NCBI GenBank assembly: GCA_965112155.1
Contig: OZ218104.1
Reading direction: 5' to 3' (one strand)
DNA length: 64,000 bases
From: Podarcis liolepis
Lineage: Eukaryota
The position numbers and the translations under genes were made by a program. The notes beneath the pieces are model-generated. The model was not told the DNA's origin and ran no database searches. It saw only the letters and a list, made by a program, of their open reading frames with translations. This document shows positions 40,085-51,900 of this stretch, piece by piece; the first letter of the stretch is position 1, and each line of letters starts with the position of its first letter.

Positions 40085-40125
40085 CTGCCCACTTTGATTA
40101 ATTGACCCTGACAGCTAAAATAATT
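40085..40125. promoter_or_regulatory. Candidate Pbx-Hox plus Meis composite site
   Basis: TGATTAAT (40095-40102) with TGACAG (40109-40114) 6 bp downstream, in non-repetitive sequence. Motif evidence only. Confidence 0.35.
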
Positions 40126-43100
40126 TGTAGCCTTAAAAAAAAAAGCTTTATTATTATCTCCTACTGTCTCAGTAACAAGTATGAGTAAGCAGCATCTTCA
40201 TATACAGCCAGAAGGGTTGGAAGAATGGAGCGGTCCTTCCTCCTTCCCTGACTCCCCGCCCTGTCTTCCTGGCCTTCCATCCCAGCAAACATCCGTCTAC
40301 AGCGCAGCTGCGGCAAACCATCCTTTTAATGGGAAAGACCGAAGGAAGCGTTAGCTTAGTGATTGGAATTAACCCAAAGTGGGTGGTGGTGGTGAAGGAA
40401 TACACCTGGGCCTACTGAGGTGGCTTTCCTTCTGAGCCCACCACAATATATCACTCTTTGTTCAATCAAGGAGCAGCTGGCAAGATAGATGGCTGTTTTT
40501 CTCCTCCCCCCCCCCTCCTCCCATGGCCGTTGACCCTTTGCTTCCTTTCAGAGATTTGCTCTGATTGTCAACATTCTGTTGCTTGCATCTCACCAGCCGC
40601 CTCTGAGTGGCTAGGATGCTCACAAACATTCCGTGGCATCACAGGCGGCTAGCCAATGGGGAGGCGTGGTGATAGACTGCGGGTTGTTGTTTTTTTGAGC
40701 TTTTCTGTTTGTTGGTATCGATAACTAACAACTGCCACAAGATTCCTTAGCAGATGCTCAGGAGTTTGGCGATAGGATGTCTGAAAACCTCCTCCATCCT
40801 TCAAAGGGTTACGACGATGACAGTGCTTTGGAATTTCTTGACTGCAGCCCAGTTCAGACAAGCACAGAATTCCTTGTGTGCTGTTTACTTACAAGAATGT
40901 CAGTTCATTCTCTCTGGACAGGGAACCATGCCCTTTCAGATGTTTTCTCTCATGTATTCAGGCACCCAGTTAAGCATGCTGATGTAAGCATGTTCCTGGG
41001 TTATATCCCCATCCTTATCACAGCAGTGAGGAGCCAGGAAATAAGCTGATATTCAACAGTACTTGCACTACTCTATAATTTTGTACACCAGGACAGGGAA
41101 CCAGCAGGTCAGTTTTGGCCTGTCAGGGATTCCAGTTCAGATTGAGACACTGGGCTTTGCTAAGCTATGCCCACCTGTCAGGTGATATCGCTCCCATGGG
41201 TAGGTAATGTTGCCTGAGGGCCGTTCAGTCCTCTGTCTCCACCCATCACTCCTAGGAGTCAAATTGGACAAGTGGGTAGGATTATTCACCTGTCATCTTT
41301 GTGCTGCCCCCTTGTCAAAGATGGCCCATGGAATGAGAGGAGATGGATGGAGGACACAGAGGAGTATGCGAATATGCAACTGGCCTGCTGTACAAAGGCA
41401 AACACTAGCATTTGTTGCCCTGCTCAAATTTGCCTCTGGCCCCGCTCGCCACTGACATTTGGCCCTCAAAAGGTCGCCATGAAGGGCATGTGGCCCTTGG
41501 GTCTACACTGTTTGGCAAGATCTCTCCAGAGTTTGGGGCAGATGTCTTCCATCTGTGGATTGAACCCGGGGCCTTCTGCAGTAACCCCTTGCAGTGTGAC
41601 TGTTGCGATGGTTCCCCTCAACCCTGCTGCAGCCCTGGCTTGGGGCAGAGATGCTGGAGCAAGGTACGGCTGGAGGGGATAAATAGGGTGCCGGGAGGAC
41701 TGCGAAGCAACTCAGCCATATGCCATCCACTCCACATTCATATATCTTTCATGGCCTCCCCATCCAGCTGCGTCCTCGCACGCTCCCGGCCCTGCCAGGG
41801 GAGGCAGAGGCACGAGAGCCTCGCTGAACCTGCGCTGAATTATTCACCAGGCCTTGGCCCTGACAGAATGAAATAGGGAAAGGAGGGGAAGTTATCTTGC
41901 AACCGAGGGGATGGGCTCAGTCTCAGACCAACATGGGCGACAGAAGCAAAGCAGGGCGCCTGATACAGCCTCGGGCTTGGACTTGCCACTATCTCTTGGG
42001 ATGCACTCAGACAAGGGTGGGAAAACTCAGACCCGGCCCTGCAGACCTCTCTCTTTGCCCCTCCTGAGTCTCCCTAGGCCACCCCCTTCCCCCAAACAAC
42101 ACCCCTCACCCAGCCTTAATCCATGCCCCCTCCATAATGGCTTTTGCGTGGCAGGGGTGTGCTTTGGGATTGTGATAACGTGTCTCTGTTAGCTGGATAG
42201 AGCATGGGAAGATAGGTGTGTGTGTACAGGAATCTCTGGTAGAGCAGAAGATCCCAGGTTCAATTCCTGGCATCTCCAGGTAGGGCTGGGAATCTTCCCT
42301 GTCTGAAACCCTGGAGAGCCACTGCCAGTCACTGTGGACAATGGGGATGATGATAATTTCATTGTTTGTACTCCACCCATCTGCCTAGGTTGCCTCAGTC
42401 ACCTTGGGCGGCTTCCGGCATATAAAAAAAATGATAAAACATTAAAGATTAAAAACTTCCCTCTACAGGGCTGCCTTCAGATGTCTTTTAAATATTGTAT
42501 AGTTGCTTAGCTCCTTGACATCTGATACAAGGACGTTCCACAGGGTGGGTGCCACTACCGAGAAGGCCCTCTGCCTGCTCATGATGACAGTTTATTCATG
42601 GGGCAACTCAGTCAGAAGTGTGGCATAAAAATGAAATAACAATAACAGTAACAGCTATTTTTGATGATGATGATGTTCACCAATGAATTCCCAAGGGGGC
42701 TTCTATAGTCTTGCTTGCCTGGGGTGTGAGTAGAAACCAGTTTAGTGTGCAAAAATAATTTACACATGTTGCCCTGCCCACTTTTGCCTCTGACCCCGCC
42801 CACTACTGGCATGTGCCCCCCCCCGTCCCCCATCCCAAGCTTTCCGATAAGGGAATGTTGCCCTTGGGGTGGGAATAAAAATGTCATCTCCCTTTTCTGA
42901 ATGGGAGTGTCCAGGGGCTGAACTCAGGACCTTCTGCATGCAAAGGAGATGCTTACAGCTCTTGCATCTAGAAGGCTTTAATCTGCAGGGATGGCTTCAC
43001 TAGGGGATACACTGATTAGCAGGTGCTTTCCATGAATTCAGGGAGGGAGTCTCTCCCAGATCTACCTGGAGATGCCGGGGGCGGGGTCGAACCCGGGACC

Positions 43101-44429
43101 TTCTGCATGCCAGGCAGATGCTCTAACCGCTGAGCTACAGCTCATTTTTTTCTTGACCATTGAGCTCCAGCCCCCACAGCTTGGCAAGAGGTGCCTATGT
43201 GCCTTCGGTCCTTTTCCCAACACGTATGTCTTCTCCCAGTGCCACCGAGACGCTTTGTCTTCTGTGCCTTCCTTGCTCTCTGAGTGACAGCTTGATAATG
43301 CACTACAAACTCTTTTAAGACTTCAGCTCCAGGAAGAAGGAGCACAAGGAGGATGGGGAGGAGGGCAGCCAGGGTGCGGGGGGGGGGGGAGTGGGCTGGT
43401 TGGCTGGATGTGGGGGTGGAGAAAGGGAAGGAAATAATCATCAAGTCAATCCCTCTCTCGCTCTGCATTTTTAGACCCCCATTTTGCTTTTCTCGCCTCC
43501 CTTCCCCACCCCCTTATCTCACTGTGTGAAAATTGGGGGGGGGGGGTTGTTTCCAGAAAAAGACTCTCTCTCATATATATATATATGCTGAGAAAGAGAC
43601 GATCCACAGAGCTTCATAAAAATGATAAATTGCTTTTAGATATTGGGCAGGAGCGAACGAAAGCTTCTTCTTCTTCTTCGTCTTCTTTATTTATTTGACG
43701 ATATTAGTCTCTTAGCGCTGTGCATTGTTGCTGTGCATATGAGCTTAAACTCTCTCCAGGCAGCTGAAGCCAGGCGCCCAAGTATTGAAGTGTAAATGAA
43801 CCGCCGGCAAGCGTGCTGTTTTTCTTTTCTTTTTCCCTTTTTTTTTTTTTAAAAAAGCATTCCTCTCCCCTTTTATGATTTCTCTTTTCCCACACATTAT
43901 CTTTTTTTTATTCATTTATTTTTTATTTATTTCCGTTCTCCCGCTGTTATGTAGGCCAGGCCATTTCCTTAGCTGGGCGCTTTGTCCGTAGAACACAGCT
44001 CTTTGCGTGTGGGTCTGCGATGTCCCTATACAATTATAAATTAAAATATACATATAACTAAATCAGTAACGGAGAGAAATGCATAATAGGGTGTGTATGC
44101 ATTGTGAAGGTGGAGAGGGCACGAGGGGGGGGGGCTGTTCTTAACACAGACAAACATGCCAGGGCATTTATGTGTTTTTGACATTTCTGCCCCAGCTCTC
44201 CATCCCCCAGGATCCACAAGGCAATGGTGAGAGAGATTTGTTTGTTATTTATTGTGTTTATATCCCTGTTTTGTCCAAGGAGCCCAAGGGGCATGGCTCT
44301 CCCTCTCCCCATTTAATCCTTAAAACAACCCTGTGAAGTCTGTTAGGCCGAGAGAGGCAGTGATGACTGACGGCAAGGCCACACCCAGTGAGCTTCATGG
44401 ACAAGCAGGGATCTGAACTTTTCCCCCTC

Positions 44430-44755
44430 CACAAATGAAGGGGAAATGTGTGTGCATCCTATGGGGCGAATACAGGCTTTTGCTGAAGCCTGGTGAGCGA
44501 TAGGGGTCAGTGTGCACCGACCCCTCTCCCTCTCCAGCCTTCACAAAGCTCTGCGCAGCCCTAGGGAGCCCGGTGCGAAGCCGCATCGGGCTCCTGAAGG
44601 TTGCGCAGAGCTGCCTGCGCTCCCAGGCTCCTGGAGCTTCGGCATCGCTCTGGGACCCGTTCTGGGGTCGGGGGAAGCTCGGGCTTTATTCCCCCCCCCC
44701 CAAAAAAATCTAGGTGCGTCCTATGGGCCGGTGCGTCCTATAGGGCGAAAAATAC

Positions 44756-44757
<2 letters not shown>
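44430..44757. mobile_element. Tc1/mariner (Tigger/Tc2-like) non-autonomous fragment; related opposite-end piece at about 50105-50250
   Basis: Ends GGTGCGTCCTATGGGCCGGTGCGTCCTATAGGGCGAAAAATACG, with a CpG-rich interior, next to a compound microsatellite. Confidence 0.6.

Positions 44758-44832
<75 letters not shown>
44758..44832. repeat. Compound (CT)n(GT)n(AT)n microsatellite
   Basis: Directly visible. Other dinucleotide arrays lie at about 1975-2003, 9217-9253, 10592-10625, 26116-26168, 46452-46488 and 60737-60796. Confidence 0.95.
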
Positions 44833-45084
44833 CTGAAACATAGTTAAGCAGCAATATTTTTACAAAGTTAAACAAACAAGCAAGCAAAAAATCAATCCTC
44901 ACAGAAGCAGCAATAAATCAACAGAATTATTGAGGGCAATAATTAATTATGCCAATTCTCCTTCCGTCCTTCCTCTATTGATATCCCACCTTTCCTCGAA
45001 GGAGCTCAGGATGGCATTCCTACTCTTTCCCCAGGTTATCCTGACAACAACCCTGTGAGGTAGGCTGAGAGACAAAGGCTAGCT

Positions 45085-45335
45085 CATGGGTAGGCAAACT
45101 AAGGTCCAGGGGCTGGGGCCGGCCCAATCGCCTTCTAAATCCGGCCCACGAATGGTCTGGGAATCAGCGTGTTCTTACATGAGTAGAATGTGTCCTTTTA
45201 TTTAAAATGCATCTCTGGGTTATTTGTGGGGCATAGGAATTCATTCAACTTTTTTTCTTCAAAATATAGTCCGGCCCCCCATAAGTTCTGAGGGACAGTG
45301 GACCGGCCCCCTGCTGAAAAAGTTTCTGACCCCTG
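45085..45335 (+). mobile_element. hAT-Charlie MITE nested inside a MIR-like SINE
   Basis: TIRs CATGGGTAGGCAAACT / AGTTT-CTGACCCCTG and near-perfect TSD GGCTAGCT/GGCTAGCC. The host SINE sequence resumes on both sides. Confidence 0.82.
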
Positions 45336-46449
45336 GCTAGCCCAAAAGCTTCATGGCTGAGTAGGAATTTTGCTACAAATAGAGAGGGGAGGGGAAGGCA
45401 GAGAGGAAGAAGTGATTGTAAAAGGAGCAGCAAGAAGAGATGGAAGCACCTGTCAGCTTGGGGAGGTCAAGGGGGTGAAGTTCGGAGGAATGGAGAAAGC
45501 TGCTTTATACCCAGTCCATCTCACCCAATATTGTCTACATAGGCTGGCAGCACCTCTCTGGAACCTTCTGCATGGCAAGCAGAAGGCTCTACCACTGAGT
45601 TTTGGCCTTTAACTGTAAGTCAGGTGAGGAAGGAGACAGAAATTACAGCATCACTCTGCTGAACACTTTCCACCTAATGGGTAGACAGCATGAGTGGCAG
45701 GACTGTAGGTGTCACGGCGGCACCACCTCTCCATTAAGCCTGCAGCTCCCTGCCAGGGGTTTGGATTGCAGCCTTAAAGCCTGTGGATCAGGAAATCCTG
45801 CCTGAATTGGAGAGGCTCAGCACAATTCATCACATCAAGAGCACAAATCATCACAAAATGTGTGATAAAGGGCTGGCTTTTTACATTTGCAAAAAATGTA
45901 CTATGGCTTTGTACATTTAAAGCACATCGCCCCCTTCCCAAAGAATCATGGGAACTGCAGTTCATCCCCAGAGCTACAACTCCCAGCACCCTTGACAAAC
46001 TACAGTTCCCAAGATTCTTTGAGAAAGGGAGAGGTGTGATTTAAATGTTCTTTAAATGGGCGGTGTGGACGTAACAGGTGTTTGGAGGGGACCCTGGTGT
46101 CTTTAGGCCACTTCCTGCCTTCCTCTTTCTACCCAGAAGGGCCCACATTCTGCCCTGAGAGGAAAAAGACTGCAGACCTACGGAAGGTGCCAGAACTTCT
46201 CCATTTGCGCAACGCTTTCCAAAGCGCAATGACTGCAGCTTAAAAAAAACAACACCTGAAATTTGGTTGTAAGGATGAGTATGTGTGCGCGAGATCAAAG
46301 ATGCACAGAATCATCTCAGCTAAGAGCAAGTTGCCCAAGGCTGTTGGGGGCCAGATGAGGATTTGCTACCCTGGTGTCCGAGATCTGAGGCTGATGCTTT
46401 GGATAACACCTCTCTTTGGAGGGGACATGAAAAGTCACACGCTACACAC

Positions 46450-46490
<41 letters not shown>

Positions 46491-46899
46491 ACTTCTCAGC
46501 TTCCCGTACCTGGCATTCCTCCCACCACCACCACCCACCTCCCAAATTAAAAAAGAACAGCCAAGCACCTCTCCTTCATTTGCAATTTAGATGGGGAACT
46601 GGCTGGTGCTGGCTCCTCTGATTAGCATGCGTGATAACAAGAATAGTGCATCTCTTATTAGGAAGGCGACCCACCCTCCCGCCACATTCCTAATTGCAAT
46701 CTGTAATTATTGTGTGTCTATCAAGTTGGTGGTTTTGAGGCTCGAAGCCTTGAAAGTTCCCCTAGAAACTCCATATTAAAAAAAAAATCAAACAGAATGT
46801 TTTAAAGGAGTTTGAATTTATGCAGCAAATGTAACAAAAATGAGATCAAAGCAAGCATACAATGAACAAGCATATTTAAAAACAGAAGAGCCAAATTAT

Positions 46900-46900
<1 letters not shown>

Positions 46901-46946
<46 letters not shown>
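46901..46946. repeat. (AAT)n microsatellite
   Basis: Directly visible. Confidence 0.95.
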
Positions 46947-46947
<1 letters not shown>

Positions 46948-47672
46948 TGCCGCTCATCCAACTGGGTTGTCCCAGCCACCTTTGCTCCCAACAAAAAATA
47001 GTAAAAGGACAATACAACATCACACTGTGTACTCAGAAATAAAAACAGCAATTCAACAGTTTTGTTTGGAGAACTGCCAGGTGTATTGGCTTGAGAGGGC
47101 CTCTGCAACCAGGGATTGATTTATGATGTGTCTGTCCTCTCTCTTTTGCCTCGCGGACTTTCGGAAACAAAACAAAGCATGATTTCTTTTTGGAAACAAA
47201 ACTGTGTGAGGTACCTGCATCCTCCCAGGGGCCGTGTCCAAGCAGTGGGCAGGGCCAGGTGCAAAAGGAGGCGGAGTTAAGCTAAAGAACGTAAAGCAAA
47301 GGATGTGATGCGCATCTCTGTGCCATCTTCTTCCCAGGCGTTCATGGTGGGGGGAGTGGCTTGCCAGGTTCCCAGAAGCATCTGATTGGCCACTGTGAGA
47401 ACAGGATGCTGGACTAGGTGGGTCCTTGGCCTGATCCAGAAGGACTCTTCTTATATTCTTAGGACATATTCCAGCCAGGCAAAAACACTCAAGATGGCAA
47501 GGCTTGTGAGGGGCATAGGCTGGGGGGATTCCTGAGGACCAAACAGAGCAGTCTTAAGGATCACATTCAGCCATCCTGCCCTGGTCTGAAGTTCTCCCAC
47601 ACTGGGGTGTGCTGTTCACACATATCTACTAACCTTGCTGCTGACTTTTGCTCCCAAATTGTCTGGTAACCT

Positions 47673-47883
47673 TGCCATACGTCAGGAGGGAATTTTGCAA
47701 AATTCGGCAAAATGTGAAGGGTGTATGGCAACACAATGGAAAAAGCAGCAAAAACAGCTCAAAAAGCTTGAAGTCACTATTTTCAGGGTTGGTTTTGGTA
47801 GTTTTTGTTTTTTTTAAAGGCTCAACAATTTTGGGGTCTTTGCTGGTGTCAGGAATTTTACTTTTTGTAATATGGCAACCCTG
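47673..47883. mobile_element. hAT MITE (GGGTTGCCATA-type TIR) with left TIR truncated
   Basis: 8-bp TSD GGTAACCT at 47665-47672 and 47884-47891. Right end TATGGCAACCCTG; left end starts TGCCATAC. Confidence 0.75.
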
Positions 47884-49825
47884 GGTAACCTGTTCCTCAG
47901 ATTCTGACACTCGCACCCAAAATAATCTGGCAACAGGCTCAACCCCTCCCCCTGCAGCCTCCCCCACACGTCTGTTTTATTTATTTATTGCACTTATATC
48001 CCACCATTTCCTCCAGGGAGCTCAAACTGGCATCCATGGTTCTCCCCCCGCCCCCGGCCCTCATCTCATTCCCACAACAACCCTGAGAAGTAGGTTAGGC
48101 TGGGTGGCAGTGACTGGCCGGCCCAAGATCACCGTGGTGGGCGTCATGGCCAAGTGGGCGATTTGTACCCCGGTTTCCCAGGTCCTCGGTCTCCCATTCT
48201 AGCATCCTGGTTGCTATGCCACTACAGCTCTCCTCCTCACCAAACACACATTTTATTTGCAAAACTATCTGTGATGAGTAGACTATTTTGATTAATGTTG
48301 ATTTTATGGCTTTATTGAGTTGAGTCACTGGACTTTTTGGGGGGGGGGTTGCTAATTGAGTTGTTCATTGATTATTGAGCGGAGGCTTCATGCGTTTGGT
48401 TATGTTTATCTTGTCATTATCTGCCTCAGGGCACAGAGAGAGAAAAAAGCAGGCATCTCTTCCTAAATAGATAAATTTGAGAAAAAGCATGCCAAGGGAA
48501 CTATCTATCTTTTGAGGAAGTAAGTAGAGATAACCATCACCTGGAGTGCTAGGATTTAGTAAAGGGGGGGGGTCCATTTAGCTTGGTGCTGCCTCCTCCT
48601 TTGGAAAAAGACCATAGCTCCATGGTAGAGCATCGGCTTTGATGCAGAAGATCCAGATTCAGCCCCCAGCATCTCCAGGTAGAGCTGGGAATGTCCCCTT
48701 ACCTGGAAAATTGAAGGGATGCTGCCAGTCAGTGCAGACAGTACTGAGCTAGATGGACAAGTGGTGGCCAAAGGGCTCCTGGCCTTCCCTCTGGGCATCC
48801 TGGCAGCATGGGAGAGACTCCTGCCTGAAACCCTGGAGAGCCGCTGCCAGTCAGTGTAGACAACACTGAGGTTGATGGACCAAAGTTCTGATTCAGCATA
48901 AGGCCGCTTCCTGTGTTCCCGTTGCAATCCTTTATTGAGAGCCATGAGGACTAGAATCGTCCTTTATTTTCAGAGAAGGGGCTGTGGCTCAGCGGTGGAT
49001 GTAGCACGGGACAGGGGGTTCTGAGGGCGCAGAGTGAGCAGCCCGCCAGTGGCCGCCTTCCATACTGGGGCTTCCCAGCTCATTTTTCTCAGGCTCTGGG
49101 GGCTCCTGTGATTCCCACATGGGACCCTTCCAACCCTACAGAGTCCTATGATTCTGTAGTTCTGGAATCAGTATAAAAGAACTTCCCACCTTCCTATTAA
49201 GAAAACGGATGCAGATAAGAGGTAGAGCATCTGTTTTGCATACAGAAGGTCCCAGGTTCAAGGCTGGGAATGTTCCTTGCCTGAAGCCCTGGGGATGCGT
49301 TCTGCAGTGTGCTCTATGACTCTGAAGAGCCAAGCTAGAAAGAGCCACACCTTGAAAATCATTTCCTTAATCCCAAATTGCCATTCTTACCACAATTGCT
49401 CCTCTCTCTATTACCTCCCGAGATCTCACTACATCCTGCTGTGATGTAGCATTCGCACAACGCGTATTAATTCACAAACCCCTTTGTTGACTTTAGTTGC
49501 TGTGCCCTCACGGCAACTCTGTGAGGAAGGCCACTGTTTCCATTTCACAGACGCTAAGGCTGAGAGTGACTTCAGGAAGTCCGTGCTCTTAAGCTAGTAC
49601 TGTAGCTTGCATGTGAGTTTCTGAGATCCCAGTTCGTTGTCTACACAGGCTTGTTGGCCATAATTTTTTTCAGTCTGTCTTTCCATAGGCATAAGGACTA
49701 AAAACTTGAGCTGGAAACACACACACTATTTTAAAGTTGAGATTCATGCTTAGTTTTCCCTCTTCTGAGAAACCAACCCTCATTCATTGCTTAATTGTCC
49801 TTTTTATCTTTGCACTCCCATCCAG

Positions 49826-50041
49826 TGTGCCGAGGTGTGCTGTGTGGGTTTGGCGCCGTGTGCGAGAGGAGTGCAACGGGCCCCTCCCAGGGACTATGTG
49901 TGTGCAAGAAGACCACGTGCCCCTCAGTGGTGGCCCCTGTCTGTGGCTCGGATTATTCTACCTACAGCAATGAATGCGAGCTGGAAAAGGCTCAATGCAA
50001 CCAACAGCGCCGGATCAAAGTCATCAGCAAAGGGGCATGTG
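49826..50041 (+). CDS. AGRN: Agrin follistatin/Kazal domain 1 exon (216 nt)
   Basis: Boundaries tccag|TG and G|gtgagt. Encodes [71 protein letters not shown], with the Kazal motif PVCGSDxxTYxNEC. Very close to recalled chicken agrin. Confidence 0.97.
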
Positions 50042-50404
50042 GTGAGTAACTGAGCTGGGCCTTGACTCATTTGGGTCAGGACGAGCCTCTTTGCCTAACA
50101 TCTACTATATTTTTCACTCTATTGGACACACCAGACCATAGGAAGCACCGGACCATAGGAGGGGGAGAACAGGAAAAAAATATTTTTTTTTCTTGTTCTC
50201 CCCCTCTAAAACAAGGTGCATTCTGTGCGTTCAAGGTGCGTTCACCCGAAGGATTGGTGCCAGGCAGGCCTTCCTGGGGAGAGCATTCTGTAGAAAGAGA
50301 GCCACTGCAGACCAGACCTGTTCTCTTCTCACCACTCTCCAAACCTCTGGGCGTATGTGAACACTGCCACCCTTCTTTAAATCTCACCTCCGTCACTTAA
50401 CAGG

Positions 50405-50630
50405 TAGGGTTGCCATACGCCTGGATATTCCTGGAAATAAATACCCAGAATACTGCAGTCGAAAGCAGTGTCTGGACGGAAATCAGCTAAATGTCTGGGA
50501 AAATCTGGGTGTATGGCAACCAATGTCGGCAGTGTCGTTTTTTGCCAATTTCCCTTAAAAATAGCTCAACAACTTTGGCAAAAAAAAAAGCTGACAGAAT
50601 TTTCACTTTTTGATAATTATGGCAACCCTA
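50405..50630. mobile_element. hAT MITE (TAGGGTTGCCATA TIR)
   Basis: Perfect 13-bp TIRs TAGGGTTGCCATA / TATGGCAACCCTA. 8-bp TSD TTAACAGG/TTAGCAGG. Confidence 0.85.
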
Positions 50631-50654
50631 TTAGCAGGAAGTATGTGAATGTCA

Positions 50655-51006
50655 GGGACGCGGGTGGCGCTGTGGGTTAAACCACAGAGCCTAGGACTTG
50701 CTGATCAGAAGGTCAGTGGTTCGAATCCCCATGACAGGGTGAGCTCCCATTGCTCGATCCCTACTCCTGCCAACCTAGCAGTTCGAAAGCACGTCAAAGT
50801 GCAAGTAGATAAATAGGTATCGCTCCAGCGGGAAGGTAAACGGCGTTTCCGTGCACTGCTCTGGTTCGCCAGAAGTGGCTTAATCATCCTGGCCACATGA
50901 CCCAGTAGCTGTATGCCGGCTCCCATGGCCAATAAAGCGAGATGAGCGCCGCAACCCCAGAGTCGGTCGCGACTGGATCTAATGGTCAGGGATCCCCTTT
51001 ACCTTT
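50655..51006 (+). mobile_element. Full-length Sauria SINE (lacertid POM-like)
   Basis: Head GGGACGCGGGTGGCGCTGTGGGTTAAACC, B-box GGTTCGAATCC, core CTGCCAACCTAGCAGTTCGAAAGCAC..AAAGTGCAAGTAGATAAATAGG, tail CCTTTACCTTT. TSD (T)ATGTGAATGTC on both sides. Confidence 0.93.
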
Positions 51007-51699
51007 ATGTGAATGTCTGGTGGGGAGGAAACAGGAAGTGGGTTTCTGGGTGCAGATGAAATGGGAAGTGGGTGCCTGGTGGGGTGCAAACGGGAAGTGA
51101 GCTTTAGCTGGAAACGGGAAGTGGGGGGATTGGAAGCAGACATTAGCTGGGGGCAGTCTAGAGAGAAAGAGGGTAAGGGAGATCGCCTGAAAGCCTGTGT
51201 GGATACATGAAAGCTGAGATGGGGAAGGAGGAGAAGGAAAGTTGGGGGCACTTTCTCTCTGAGTCCTGCGTAGAATCCCTCGGCCAAAATTCCTGCTCCC
51301 CCTCTTGCCGCCCCCCCTACCTTCTCAATGACAAACAGGCCTGCTTCCTTATGCCTCGGGTCTACCTGCGACAGAAGCACTTTGTGCATGCACACAGAGT
51401 CTGATGTGCCTAAGTGTGGCTTGTGCCCCAGAGCAGCTTATTTCCTGGAGAGGCCCGGCCGTAAGTGAGGCTAATGGACCCTCCTTGGTAACGTGGCACG
51501 CAGCAGCTGCTAGCGAAGAATTGTGCAAATGAACACCTCCCCCCAGCCCCCCAGCCCCCCAGCCTGCATGTCTCCAAGTAAATTAAGTTGACCTTCCCTC
51601 CCTCCATTCTCAGTGCCCTCCCCTGATGAGGATCCCTCTCGGCTCTCTCGATAAATCTGAGCTTCTCGCCTCCCGCTGGGGGCTCTCCTGGAAGCAGGG

Positions 51700-51900
51700 A
51701 AGGGAGGACGATGCGAGTGCCAGAGTGATTTATTTAAAATAATAATGGGGGATTGGGAAAGGGGGAGGGAGGGAGGAGAGTGACAAATGAAAGGGGGTGG
51801 TGGTTGTAAATAAATAATTAAATAAATGAGGCTGTAGCCGGGGCCTATAAATAACATTTGGCCCATCCCGGTCAAATGTAGAGCAGCTTCTTGATGTCTC
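51700..51900. promoter_or_regulatory. Candidate intronic enhancer
   Basis: Repeat-free block with Pbx-Hox TGATTTAT (51726-51733), MEF2 consensus CTATAAATAA (51845-51854), E-boxes CATTTG/CAAATG and forkhead-like GTAAATA. Motif evidence only. Confidence 0.4.

Larger units (their letters stand above)
3772..49825 (+). other. AGRN: Agrin intron, 46,054 bp, GT-AG, phase 1
   Basis: Defined by the flanking exons, whose junction rebuilds the expected agrin peptide with no missing residues. Confidence 0.88.
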
